Shown: positions 1 through 8,924, numbered from the stretch's first letter. The stretch: 32,000 nt of DNA from Microcystis aeruginosa NIES-843 (GCF_000010625.1 NC_010296.1:3390001-3422000), one strand, 5' to 3'. Numbers and translations: made by a program. Notes: generated by a model from the letters alone, not told the origin.

Positions 1-196
1 GCCAATTACTGCGCCCTGGACGTTCTTGTAGTTCATTTTTGCCATAATATTTAATTCTTTGGGCGATTTGCTCTCTATTGAGGCCATTAACAGCCGAACT
101 ACCGAGGATAGATAGGGTGGTTTCCACCGGATAGGTATGCCAAGGTTGTTGCAAGTTAAGGCTAGAATGGGCAGAATAGTCGGCATTAGCGGCCAT
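1..196 (-). CDS. P-type cation-transporting ATPase, N-terminal fragment (gene runs off the left edge)
   Basis: Reverse-strand ATG at 196..194. My translation is MAANADYSAHSSLNLQQPWHTYPVETTLSILGSSAVNGLNREQIAQRIKYYGKNELQERPGRSNW. This fits the Cation_ATPase_N pattern (WH..VE....GL....R...YG.NEL.E..GRS.W). It is absent from the ORF track because it is truncated by the window edge. Confidence 0.7.
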   Translation of the reverse strand, partial: MAANADYSAHSSLNLQQPWHTYPVETTLSILGSSAVNGLNREQIAQRIKYYGKNELQERPGRSNW

Positions 197-419
197 GGCA
201 AGTCAAGATAGTTGATCTAGATAGATCTTAGCCGTTTCTTTCCCCGGTAACAGGAAAAAACAAATGTTTAAACTGGCTCTTCCTGCTCATAGACAGTCTT
301 AACGAGTAATGTAGATAAGTAGCTGGTTATAATTAAATTGAAGATAGATACCCCCTTAATCCCCCCTTGATAAGGGGGGTGTCTGAAAGTTTTTAACATC
401 TACCTACTTAGTCAACAGC

Positions 420-1526
420 TTAGTAGGGCAAAGTAAACCAAAATTGTGAACCTTTTTCGTCATTATTCATAATGCCAATTTCGCCTCCGTGAGCATGGAT
501 AATTTGACGACATAGATATAAACCTAGTCCTAAACTAATCTGATTATTATTATTGCCTCGTTGATAGCGATCAAATAATTGTTTTCTCTGGGTTTCGCTA
601 ATTCCCACCCCATTATCGGCAATAGTACACCGGAGATAATTGCCCTCTAGTCTAGCGGATAAAGTGATAATTATTCCTTGGGGATTGTGTTTAAGAGCAT
701 TGGCTAATAAATTCTCAAAAACTCGCCAGAGATGGTGAGCATCGGCATTAACTAAGGGTAAATCGGGGGAAAAATTATTAATTAAAGTTGCTTGATTTTC
801 CTTTAATCTTAACTCCCATTCCTGACCGATTTGTTGACCGATTTCGTAGAGAGATAAAGGCTTTAGTTCTAGGGAAACTCCCCAAAGATCATTTTGTCGG
901 GTTTCGACGAGAGAATCAATTAAAGTTAATTGTCGATCGCAACTGTTGGCCATCTGTTGTAAAATCTTCCGGGATACTTCTTTAGTTTCTCCCTGAGAAT
1001 TTTTAATTAAATTATTTAAGATCATTGACATCCCGATCACGGGATTGCGGAGATCGTGAGAGACAGCATGAAGATAAATTTCTAAAGTTTCCTCAGTTTT
1101 TTGACGTTCTTTAATTTCGTTTTGTAGTTGTTTTTTTTGACGAGAAATAGTTAATTGATTTTCGATGCGTGCCATCACTTCTTCCCCTTGAAAAGGTTTA
1201 GAAATATAATCAACACCTCCCACTTGAAAAGCTTTGACTTTATCTAAGACATCATCAAGAGCGCTGATAAAAATCACGGGAATTTCTCTGGTTTTTTCAT
1301 CAGCTTTTAACTGTTCACAAACTTGATAACCATTGAGATCGGGCATATTAATATCGAGGAGGATCAGGTCGGGAATTAGCGATCGCACTGTATTCAGGGC
1401 CATCTGTCCATTAATCGCTTTGCGTACCTGATAGCCCTTCTCGGTGAGCATAATCGACAATAGCCGCACATTATTGGGCAAATCATCGACAATTAAGACA
1501 CTAGGGCGCGGTGTGAGTTGAGTCAT
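420..1526 (-). CDS. Hybrid response regulator / sensor histidine kinase (REC + HisKA + HATPase_c)
   Basis: The ORF track gives 420..1547 from a TTG. I prefer the in-frame ATG at 1526 (MTQLTPRPSVLIVDD). REC motifs: VLIVDD, LILLDINMPDLNG, ISKPF. H-box: HAVSHDLRNP. N/G boxes: NLLANALKHN, DNGVGI, GLGLGLYLCRQI. Confidence 0.85.
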   Translation of the reverse strand: MTQLTPRPSVLIVDDLPNNVRLLSIMLTEKGYQVRKAINGQMALNTVRSLIPDLILLDINMPDLNGYQVCEQLKADEKTREIPVIFISALDDVLDKVKAFQVGGVDYISKPFQGEEVMARIENQLTISRQKKQLQNEIKERQKTEETLEIYLHAVSHDLRNPVIGMSMILNNLIKNSQGETKEVSRKILQQMANSCDRQLTLIDSLVETRQNDLWGVSLELKPLSLYEIGQQIGQEWELRLKENQATLINNFSPDLPLVNADAHHLWRVFENLLANALKHNPQGIIITLSARLEGNYLRCTIADNGVGISETQRKQLFDRYQRGNNNNQISLGLGLYLCRQIIHAHGGEIGIMNNDEKGSQFWFTLPY

Positions 1527-1577
1527 GCCGGTTATCTTATAACTCAAACTGTTTAAATAAAGTGTATAAAAAAACAG

Positions 1578-1625
1578 GGGCTTGCCGAAAAAGTTTTTCC
1601 TGGGGGCAGCGTGTCGGGTGGGACA
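1578..1625 (+). mobile_element. Solo left-end remnant of MITE family A
   Basis: GGGCTTGCCGAAAAAGTTTTTCCTGGGGGCAG closely matches the left ends of the full copies at 2207 and 23815 (GGGT[T/C]TGCTGAAAAAG[C/T]TTTTCCT[A/G]GGGGCAG). No matching right end is present. Confidence 0.5.
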
Positions 1626-1658
1626 AGCGAGAAAGTCTCGTTACTCTACAGCGATCGC

Positions 1659-2168
1659 CTAGGGATTGTTGCCCATAAAAAAAGCACGGAACCCCACAGC
1701 AATCAAGGAACCACTCAAGAGAGTTATTAATGTCCAAATTTGGTTACTTTGGGTTCCTTCCACCTTGATCAGTCGATTATCCATACTATCGACTTTCTCT
1801 GTTAAAGTTGCTAGTCCTATCTTCACATCGGTGACATTTTTCTGTAGGTTGTCTAGCTTTTGCTCGACATTTTTCTGTAAAGTTTCTAGCTTTTGATCAA
1901 ACCTTTTTTCGAGATTATCTAGCTTTTGCTCGAAACTTTTTTCGAGATTATCTAGCTTTTGATCAAACCTTTTTTCGAGATTATCTAGCTTTTGCTCGAA
2001 ACTTTTTTCGAGATTATCTAGCTTTTGCTCGAAACTTTTTTCGAGATTGTCTAGCTTTTGATCAAGATCTTTCTGGAAGGTGTCTAGCTTTCGATCAACA
2101 CTTTTAATACTATCTTTAATTTCCTTAAGGACAGATTCCAGGGAATAGGTAACGGTTTCTGCTGTCAT
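1659..2168 (-). CDS. Coiled-coil repeat protein with a single C-terminal TM helix (tail-anchored topology)
   Basis: ATG at 2168 is preceded by AGGAG. It has 11-aa repeats KLDNLEK[S/R]F[E/D]Q and a C-terminal hydrophobic stretch IWTLITLLSGSLIAVGFRAFFMG about 5 residues from the stop. Confidence 0.7.
   Translation of the reverse strand: MTAETVTYSLESVLKEIKDSIKSVDRKLDTFQKDLDQKLDNLEKSFEQKLDNLEKSFEQKLDNLEKRFDQKLDNLEKSFEQKLDNLEKRFDQKLETLQKNVEQKLDNLQKNVTDVKIGLATLTEKVDSMDNRLIKVEGTQSNQIWTLITLLSGSLIAVGFRAFFMGNNP
1852..2115. repeat. 33-bp tandem repeat (about 8 units, 6 near-perfect) inside the coiled-coil CDS
   Basis: The anchor TCTAGC recurs at 1852, 1885, 1918, 1951, 1984, 2017, 2050 and 2083, an exact 33-nt period. 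This is in frame and equals 11 aa per unit. Confidence 0.9.
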
Positions 2169-2206
2169 TGCGGTTAACTCCTATCAGTCGAGAGATAATG
2201 TAATTA

Positions 2207-2419
2207 GGGTTTGCTGAAAAAGCTTTTCCTAGGGGCAGGGTGTGGGGTGTGGGGTGTGGGGTGTGGGGTTTTACCGATTTTCAGGTGGTCAATTACCTAA
2301 TTTTCAGGGAAAAAGTCCAGGAATTTTCCCCCCAATCACTCCAAAGGTCGGCACTTTTTGAGGGAAAACAAGTCTAAAAGTCTTATCCAACAAGGTTTTT
2401 AGATTTATTCAGCAAACCC
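2207..2419. mobile_element. MITE family A, copy 1 (213 bp, TA-flanked, TIR GGGTTTGCTGAA)
   Basis: Left end TA|GGGTTTGCTGAA and right end TTCAGCAAACCC|TA form a perfect 12-bp TIR. It is about 88% identical by eye to the copy at 23815..24027. It carries a (GGGGTGT)n run at 2232..2268. Confidence 0.8.
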
Positions 2420-2422
2420 TAA

Positions 2423-4000
2423 TTATCGATAAAAATCTCCTTTATTCTCCACTTCATTTTTTTCGGGAAATATCGCCTCATCTTCCAATTTATCGCTGAT
2501 TTCCGGCAGTTTTAGCAATATTCCAGCGAATAACCAATAGTAAACAGAAACAGGCTCGACGGAGAGAGGATAATAGTAGGGGTTATAGCTAATAAAAAGT
2601 ATAAAAATCCAGATACAGAGACCCCAATGCTTTAAAGCAGCATTTTTTACTTTTAAATAGGCTTTAAAGGTGAGAATACAGAGAATTGTCACCAGTGCCA
2701 TAAAAGCGATAAAACCGACGATACCGATTTCGTAGAGGAGTTTAGCGTAGTAGGTCTCAATTAGTCTTATCGCCTCTTCTCCCACTATATGACGAGCGCC
2801 ACTGGTGGCTTTGCCTAAACCAAAACCAAAAAGCTGTAAATATCTTAAGGCCCACTGGATTTGATTGACTACAAAGTCAATGGGAGACGAATATAGCCAG
2901 CGATCGATAAAATTTAGCCCTCTTTCCTGAACAAAGGGATTTAACGTCACCGCGAGCAGGGAAATCAGCCCCAAGATTCCCAATTTTAATGGTAACTTTT
3001 GTTTATGTTTGCTAGTAGCAATAAAAAGAACTAAGTAAAACAAAGGTACTAGCAAGAGAGGTAATCTTTGTCCAGAAACCAGAGTCGCAAGGAAGACTAA
3101 AACCATTGCTACCCAACCAGCGACGCGCCATCTTTTTTGCGGATCACTAAAACTGGCTGCGTAACTGATGACGCTGCTAGATACTAAGAACCAACCCCAT
3201 TGCCAAGGATCAGAAAATGTGCCGGGGAGACGAATTAAGCCTCGATCGGGATTATACAACACTGAACCCCCGACAAAACATTGAGCTTTCAAGCTGGCTT
3301 TGTCGGTAATATCTGGATAAAATTGGCTGTCGGATTTCGGGACAAGAACTTCCAGTTGATTGAGGAATTCATTATCAGGACAGATACCTTGGACGAGTAA
3401 GAAGTATTGAATTAGAGCTAAACCGCAACAGACTAAGATCATCACGATTAAAACTCGGTTAACCATGAATAAATCTCGTTTTTGCTCGATTAAATAGTAC
3501 CCACAGAGAACTAGGGGAATATAACTGAGGAGGATTTTTAATCCCACAATTCCCACAGCAATTGCTCCTTGGGGCAGATTGACAAAAAGAAAAGTTATCA
3601 AGCTGCTGGCAAGTAAAATCAAAGCTGTGATGAGAAAAGGCTTGATTTTGGGGCGTAATTGTTTAAAAGTTTTTGTTTTAATTAAAATTGCCGCTAAAGC
3701 GGCGAAATAAAAGGCATCCTTGGCGATTTTGTAGAGAGCATAGGAGGGCTCTATGCCAATAAAGTTGCCCACTACCTGAAAAACTCTCACCACAGACAAA
3801 GCGAAGGTATTACTCAGGGGAAGATAGATGATTAGGGCCAATAATCCCAGACGGGGATGGATAAAAGAAGCGACCATGGCGGGAACTGCCCAAATTCCTA
3901 ACAAGGCCGCTTTTTTGCCAAATAGAATCCCTAAAACTAGACTGATTATTGTAGTGGCGATCGCTAATATAATTAGTAACAGGGAGTTCTTCTCTTTCAT
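2423..4000 (-). CDS. Polytopic membrane protein, O-antigen ligase/polymerase-like (Wzy_C-type)
   Basis: 525-aa ORF with more than 10 predicted hydrophobic helices and a central loop region, an architecture typical of O-antigen ligase family proteins. The family assignment is from overall pattern only, not from a diagnostic motif. Confidence 0.55.
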   Translation of the reverse strand: MKEKNSLLLIILAIATTIISLVLGILFGKKAALLGIWAVPAMVASFIHPRLGLLALIIYLPLSNTFALSVVRVFQVVGNFIGIEPSYALYKIAKDAFYFAALAAILIKTKTFKQLRPKIKPFLITALILLASSLITFLFVNLPQGAIAVGIVGLKILLSYIPLVLCGYYLIEQKRDLFMVNRVLIVMILVCCGLALIQYFLLVQGICPDNEFLNQLEVLVPKSDSQFYPDITDKASLKAQCFVGGSVLYNPDRGLIRLPGTFSDPWQWGWFLVSSSVISYAASFSDPQKRWRVAGWVAMVLVFLATLVSGQRLPLLLVPLFYLVLFIATSKHKQKLPLKLGILGLISLLAVTLNPFVQERGLNFIDRWLYSSPIDFVVNQIQWALRYLQLFGFGLGKATSGARHIVGEEAIRLIETYYAKLLYEIGIVGFIAFMALVTILCILTFKAYLKVKNAALKHWGLCIWIFILFISYNPYYYPLSVEPVSVYYWLFAGILLKLPEISDKLEDEAIFPEKNEVENKGDFYR

Positions 4001-4086
4001 GCCGTGCGGGTTGAACAGGTTTAGCAGAAAGTGTACCGGATTTTTGCCGAGATTCTCATTCTCAATGGCGGAGGTGGGGAGCTTTT

Positions 4087-4128
4087 CAGTGATCAGTAAA
4101 CAGTGAACAGTAAACAGTAATCAAGTGA
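4087..4128. repeat. Heptamer microsatellite (CAGTRAA/CAGTAAA type, STRR-like)
   Basis: The sequence is cagtgatcagtaaacagtgaacagtaaacagtaatcaagtga. A near-identical block occurs at 25825..25858. Confidence 0.8.
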
Positions 4129-4315
4129 GGTTCTTTTTGTTTGTGTTAGGCAATAGACGGGGTTATAAGAGATGAAACCCTTATAGAGAAAGACATTTGG
4201 CGATTTTTTTCAATTGTTTTCCATCTAGAACGAACTAATCAATTAAGTCTCTTGCCAGATAAGGATTTAGTCTATTTATGCCCCCCGATCGAATCATACC
4301 AAGTAACGAAGAACC
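4129..4315. mobile_element. MITE family B, copy 1 (187 bp, degenerate)
   Basis: Homologous throughout to 21318..21503 and 31195..31381; the shared core is gatctagagcgaactaatcaattaagtctcttgccagataaggatttagtc. The right TIR CAAGTAACGAAGAACC is intact. The left TIR is decayed and no TSD is recognisable. Confidence 0.75.
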
Positions 4316-4399
4316 CATCTGATACTGATCAAAGTTTCCTCTTGCTTCTTACCTCTTGCTATACTTATGTAAAATTTTATTTATCTCGATCTTGACTCC

Positions 4400-4891
4400 G
4401 TGGCCGAAAATCTTTCTTTTCAAGACCTTTATCAAGCTGGAATCAGTGCTTTTGAGCGTGGACAATATCGTCTTAGTGTCCAGCAATTAAATGCGGCTTT
4501 AGCCTTAATTTCCTTAGGCTCCCGAGAAGGGGGTGAGATTCAAATTTGGTTAATTTCTGCTCATCAAGGGTTGGGAGAGGGGGAGAAAGCTAGTGAAATC
4601 TGTAAGCAACTTATTACCCATCCTATCTATCAAATTCGCGAACAGGCCAAGCGTCTGCTTTATATTATCGAAGCTCCCCGTCTCAAACGCCCAGATGAGT
4701 GGATGACGAAGATTCCCGATTTAGATAAACTTCCCGATAGTACAGCGCAATTTAAAAAGGGGACAAATAAACAGAAAAAAGAAGAATCCCCCGCACCCAT
4801 GCAGTTAGAGCAGCATAAAAATACTGTTTTTAGCGGACTGGCGATCGCTATTGTTCTATTGATGCTCTGGTTTTTTGCTAAAAATAGCTAA
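4400..4891 (+). CDS. Hypothetical protein, TPR-like N-terminus with a C-terminal TM helix
   Basis: 163-aa ORF starting at GTG. It has a helical repeat-like N-terminal half and the C-terminal hydrophobic segment FSGLAIAIVLLMLWFFA. No family recognised. Confidence 0.55.
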   Translation: MAENLSFQDLYQAGISAFERGQYRLSVQQLNAALALISLGSREGGEIQIWLISAHQGLGEGEKASEICKQLITHPIYQIREQAKRLLYIIEAPRLKRPDEWMTKIPDLDKLPDSTAQFKKGTNKQKKEESPAPMQLEQHKNTVFSGLAIAIVLLMLWFFAKNS

Positions 4892-5922
4892 ATTACTTGA
4901 CAATAAGCTTCTAATATGCTAATGCAGTTAGCTATCGCTCCTAAATGGGCGATTTCATAACCGTGGGTGTTTTGGGTGGGAAAACCTAAGCAAGCGGCCT
5001 TAGCTATATGACCGAATTTCATGGCGATGGAGGCATCGCTACCAAAACCACTAATAATGGCTAATTGCAGCGGTATTCCCGCCTTTTCGGCCGCTATTCT
5101 TAATTCTTGATTTAATTCCTCATCATAGATACCGTAACCATCCTGAGACAATAAAACAGGAGTGCTGCCATCCTTAATCGGATATTCAGGAGCGAGGGGA
5201 CAGATTTCTAGGGCAATTAAAGCATCTAAGCGGTTATTTGCGGTAAAAAATAAGGCCCCTAATGCTCCTACCTCCTCCTTAGCTGAGGCAACCAGATATA
5301 TATCCACCGCGGGGTTAATTACTCTGGCCGCTAATGCTAAAAGAATCGCCACGGAAGCCTTATTATCAAGGGTATAACTGGCAATGTAGTCTTTTAGTCG
5401 CAAGGGTTGTTTTCGGTGTTTTCCCACCACGACTCGACTACCGACGCGCACCCCGCAAGCGTCTAATTCTTCTGGAGTCAATTTCGTCTCTATCCATGCG
5501 GATTCCCAGGTGACGGGAGTGTTTTCCTGCTGCACTTTTTGCGGGGATTGATGGGAAATATGACGGGAACCAAAGGAGAGAATCCCCGATCTGGTTTCCC
5601 TATCACCGATAATATCCACCACTCCCTCTCCGTAAATCCAAGGAAAAGCTCCCCCGAGTTGGCGAATTTGCAGAGTACCATCGGGATTAATTACTTTGAT
5701 AATAGCACCAATTTCGTCTTTATGACCAGTAATAGCCATTTTTTTGGTCGAATCTCGTCCTCTAATTTTGCCGATGACATTTCCCGCTTGATCTTGCCAT
5801 GTTTCTAATCCTAACTCTTGAAAGCGTTCTAGTAAAAAGCGATCGATTTCCGTTTCCATTCCACTAGGAGAATGATGGAGGACAAGAGTAGCAATAGTGT
5901 CAAAGAGGTGATCAAAATCCAT
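4888..5922 (-). CDS. M42 family metallopeptidase (FrvX / glutamyl aminopeptidase / endoglucanase-like)
   Basis: 344 aa. The N-terminus LVLHHSPSGMETEI...AGNVIGKIRG and the later GHKDEIG and DNKASVA segments match the M42 peptidase pattern as I recall it. Confidence 0.7.
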   Translation of the reverse strand: MDFDHLFDTIATLVLHHSPSGMETEIDRFLLERFQELGLETWQDQAGNVIGKIRGRDSTKKMAITGHKDEIGAIIKVINPDGTLQIRQLGGAFPWIYGEGVVDIIGDRETRSGILSFGSRHISHQSPQKVQQENTPVTWESAWIETKLTPEELDACGVRVGSRVVVGKHRKQPLRLKDYIASYTLDNKASVAILLALAARVINPAVDIYLVASAKEEVGALGALFFTANNRLDALIALEICPLAPEYPIKDGSTPVLLSQDGYGIYDEELNQELRIAAEKAGIPLQLAIISGFGSDASIAMKFGHIAKAACLGFPTQNTHGYEIAHLGAIANCISILEAYCQVI

Positions 5923-6036
5923 ATTTGTCTTGATTTGTGGGTCGAAAGAGAATTATTATCGAAACAGGAAATCGAAAAGGTTTTACAGGAACAATATTGG
6001 CGCAGCCATGGCTCTTGGGTGATTGCCAGTTAGCAT

Positions 6037-7374
6037 TTAATGATTAATCAGAGGTGCAGAATTAGCCAGAAAACCCGCAACTTTTAGAGACTCTACCACC
6101 GAATTGTCATCCTCTACCCAATAGTTTTGTCCTAAACGTACAAATTGACGCTGAGTTCCCGCACCAATGGTGGCAATAACGGGAACTTTTGCCTTTTGTT
6201 TGTCTCCCGATTGCAGAATACTTTTAAGAAGATTTTGACGATTTTGGTTGACGACATCTTGCAGCGATAAATTAACCATCACCATTTTAATGGTTTCGAT
6301 CGGTTCCGCATCTTCGATAATTAATTGTACCCGATCATCTCGGCGATCAACTTTTCCCCACACCATTAAAGTTGCTTCCTCCACTAATAATTTTTGCAGA
6401 CGTTCGTAGCTATCGGAAAAAATCACCGCTTCCGATTGTCCCGAGGCATCTTCTAGGGTTAAAAAAGCCATGGGAGTCCCTTTTTTGGTCATAATTTTCT
6501 TGACGGCATTTAATAGGACAATTGCACTAACTTTTTTTCTGGTTTTGTGTTCTTCTAAGTCAGCTAAATTGATAGGAGATAGGACTTGAGCGGCTCTTTG
6601 TAAAGCTTTTAAAGGATGTTCGGAAACATAAAAACCTAAATGTTCTTTTTCCAGTTTTAACTTTTCCTGTAGGGAAAAATCTTCTACTGCGGTTGCACTG
6701 GGAGACTGTTCAAACTCGGATTCTTGTTTATTTTCTGTGCTACCTCCTAGCATATCAAAAATATTCATTTGACCACTTTCTTTCTCTTTGGTGCGTTTTT
6801 GCGCCCAAGCAACTACTAATTCTAAATCTTCAATTAATTGATGGCGATTAGGTTGAATTTTATCAAAAGCACCACAATAAATTAGCGTTTCTAAAGCTCT
6901 TTTGTTGATCACTCGTAAATCAACACGCTCGCAAAAATCCCCTAAGGAAGTAAACTTTCCTCCTGTTGCTTCCCGCGCTTTTAAAATAGCCTCGATCGCA
7001 TTTTCGCCCAGATTTCTAACTGCGGACAAACCAAAGAGAATTTTGCGCCCAATCGGGGTAAAATGTTTTTGCGATCGATTGATGTCGGGAGGTTCGACAT
7101 CGATATTCATTTTCTGACAGTTTTCTCGATACTTTTCCACCTTATCCTGATTATCGCTACTAGCAGTTAGTAACGCTGTCATATATTCCACAGGATAATT
7201 AGCTTTTAAATAAGCAGTTTGATAGGTGACGTAAGCATAAGCGGTAGAGTGAGATTTATTAAAACAATTGGAGGCAATTAACCCGTTGCCCAGCAAAAAA
7301 TTATGATCTTTCTCCACACCAATATCGTAAACGGGTTTCCTTCCCAGGGATTGACGACCGATAATTTTAACCAT
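6037..7374 (-). CDS. dnaE: DNA polymerase III alpha subunit, C-terminal split-gene half with N-terminal split-intein C fragment
   Basis: The ORF begins [36 protein letters not shown]|[25 protein letters not shown]. This is the canonical cyanobacterial DnaE IntC (ending in ASN) followed by the +1 Cys extein CFNKSH and the DnaE C-terminal region. Confidence 0.92.
   Translation of the reverse strand: MVKIIGRQSLGRKPVYDIGVEKDHNFLLGNGLIASNCFNKSHSTAYAYVTYQTAYLKANYPVEYMTALLTASSDNQDKVEKYRENCQKMNIDVEPPDINRSQKHFTPIGRKILFGLSAVRNLGENAIEAILKAREATGGKFTSLGDFCERVDLRVINKRALETLIYCGAFDKIQPNRHQLIEDLELVVAWAQKRTKEKESGQMNIFDMLGGSTENKQESEFEQSPSATAVEDFSLQEKLKLEKEHLGFYVSEHPLKALQRAAQVLSPINLADLEEHKTRKKVSAIVLLNAVKKIMTKKGTPMAFLTLEDASGQSEAVIFSDSYERLQKLLVEEATLMVWGKVDRRDDRVQLIIEDAEPIETIKMVMVNLSLQDVVNQNRQNLLKSILQSGDKQKAKVPVIATIGAGTQRQFVRLGQNYWVEDDNSVVESLKVAGFLANSAPLINH
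7267..7374 (-). other. Split intein C-fragment (IntC, 36 aa) of DnaE
   Basis: Residues 1-36 of the ORF, ending in the conserved ...[13 protein letters not shown]. Cys+1 follows immediately. Confidence 0.9.
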
Positions 7375-7930
7375 ATTAGTAACTCAACTCTCCAGAGATT
7401 TTTACAACGGTGCTAATAGAAATATGGCATTTCTTTGCCAAATCAGGCCGCCAAAGTCCCAAAAATGGCTCTCTTATTCCTTGTAACATAAGTTTAACTT
7501 ATATAAGAGCGATCAATCTTTGTGTCCTTTGTGTCTTTGTGGTTCTTTCCACTAGCTCGCCAGCAAGACTGTATCTTAGAATACATTTTACCCACCAAAC
7601 CTAAGAGAGCCAAAAAATTACCATATATATTGATACCTAAAGTGTATATCCTACCTACTATAGGTTACGATCAATGTTAACCGAGGAGAAAAAAACAGAA
7701 AAACTAGACTTCTTGAATGGGGTTAGCTGTGGCCGTTTGCCACAAGGTTTAAGACACCTGTAAACAGCTTTTACTAATTTCTTGGCTGGTCGTACAAAAT
7801 TCGGTTAAAGGGGAGCAACGCAAAGCGGGGCAAAATGCAGCAGTTAGGATAGTAAGGAAACCTTGCCACTGACGGCAAAGGCCTATATTTTACCTTGACG
7901 AGAGGTCGGCGCTGGGTAGTTCACCCATTG

Positions 7931-7939
7931 TGTTATAAT
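7931..7939 (+). promoter_or_regulatory. Extended -10 promoter element (TGTTATAAT)
   Basis: TGnTATAAT at 7931..7939, 41 nt upstream of the ATG at 7980. No convincing -35 at 17 nt, which an extended -10 promoter does not need. Confidence 0.45.
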
Positions 7940-7979
7940 TCTGGCCAAGCCATCAAGGGATTTGAAAAGGAGTAACACC

Positions 7980-8249
7980 ATGAGTCTATCTTCAGAAGCC
8001 TATCGCCAAGCCCTCGTGCGGGATGGAGAACGGCGCTATCAGGAATGGCACCAAAATTATCACAACCAATGCCGTCAATCAACGGCTGAATACCAAGCTC
8101 GTTCTGCCCAACAACGCCCAACAAAGCCCTGGATTTCCTCGGAAGCCTACCGCCAACTTTTAGTCAAAGATGGGGAGCGGCGTTTTGCGGAATGGCACGG
8201 CGAGTTTTTAGACTATCAAAGACAATTTCTGGCCAGTCAATCCACTTAA
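7980..8249 (+). CDS. Small hypothetical protein with an internal duplication
   Basis: The ATG at 7980 is preceded by AAGGAG (7967-7972); the ORF track starts at an upstream TTG at 7962. There are two copies of a roughly 24-aa motif: SSEAYRQALVRDGERRYQEWH and SSEAYRQLLVKDGERRFAEWH. Confidence 0.55.
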   Translation: MSLSSEAYRQALVRDGERRYQEWHQNYHNQCRQSTAEYQARSAQQRPTKPWISSEAYRQLLVKDGERRFAEWHGEFLDYQRQFLASQST

Positions 8250-8463
8250 ACGGACGTCAGCCAATCGCCATTACAGCAATCTCTGAAAATAGTGGCTACA
8301 GTCCCCGAAGAAATAGCTGATACCAATTTTCAATAGTCGTGACTAACATCTGAAAGTGCAATTCCTTTCTCCGAGAGGGATTGCGCTTTGAAATGATCAA
8401 CTAAGTCTGTCATTACTTTTGAAAAATGATATAAAGATGAATAAGTCCAGAATGCAAGACCTA

Positions 8464-8924
8464 TCACGAATGCAGCCAAGAATTCAAGATCAGAAGGAAT
8501 AAGAATCCTGTCAACAAATGCTGATGGGCAGTCAGGAGTTTAAGCTTGTGGAGAGACTGTAAGACTGGTTGGGACTCTCTCAAAAAGCAGGTTTCTGTGA
8601 AGCAAGAATTTCCCATCACACATCTTCGCATTGTGATGGCTAGATTGTCAAGTCTGTCCACCCCTGGTCCCCGCAAATAACACCTAAGATAGCGATCATT
8701 AAAACTAAAATTTCAATACATTCGTGCCTTAAGCACCTAAAAGCCTTGCAAAGCAAGGCTTTTACTATTAGTTTATTTGTCCTGTGTCCATCAAAACAGG
8801 CTCCAGCTACCCTTCTGAGTCGATTATAGCTAGTCAAGGGTATCAAGGGTAGTCGAACAATCGCCAAGACTACCTTGGGGTAAGAAACCGTTTGTAAATT
8901 AATGTAAAAAGCTCGCCAAGTCAA
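8464..8924 (-). pseudogene. Decayed ISAs1-family-like transposase N-terminal remnant
   Basis: The reverse strand reads ...CFDGHRTNK...RHECIEILVLMIAILGVICGDQGWTDLTI*. This resembles the ISAs1 N-terminal domain pattern (DPR...H.L.EIL.I...AVICG...W.DI). After a frameshift it reads DGKFLLHRNLLFERVPTSLTV, resembling GK....WL..FL.L.NGIPSHDTF. Several stops and frameshifts are present and no DDE domain is visible. Confidence 0.45.

Noticed and set aside
3828-4106. 92-aa plus-strand ORF overlapping the start of the membrane protein gene.
   Set aside because: It is antisense to the 5' end of a long, hydrophobic, well-formed ORF and then runs into the microsatellite. There is no supporting signal.
7410-7604. 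64-aa plus-strand ORF upstream of dnaE-C.
   Set aside because: It lies within a putative inverted-repeat element in an AT-rich spacer, and has no RBS and low-complexity sequence.
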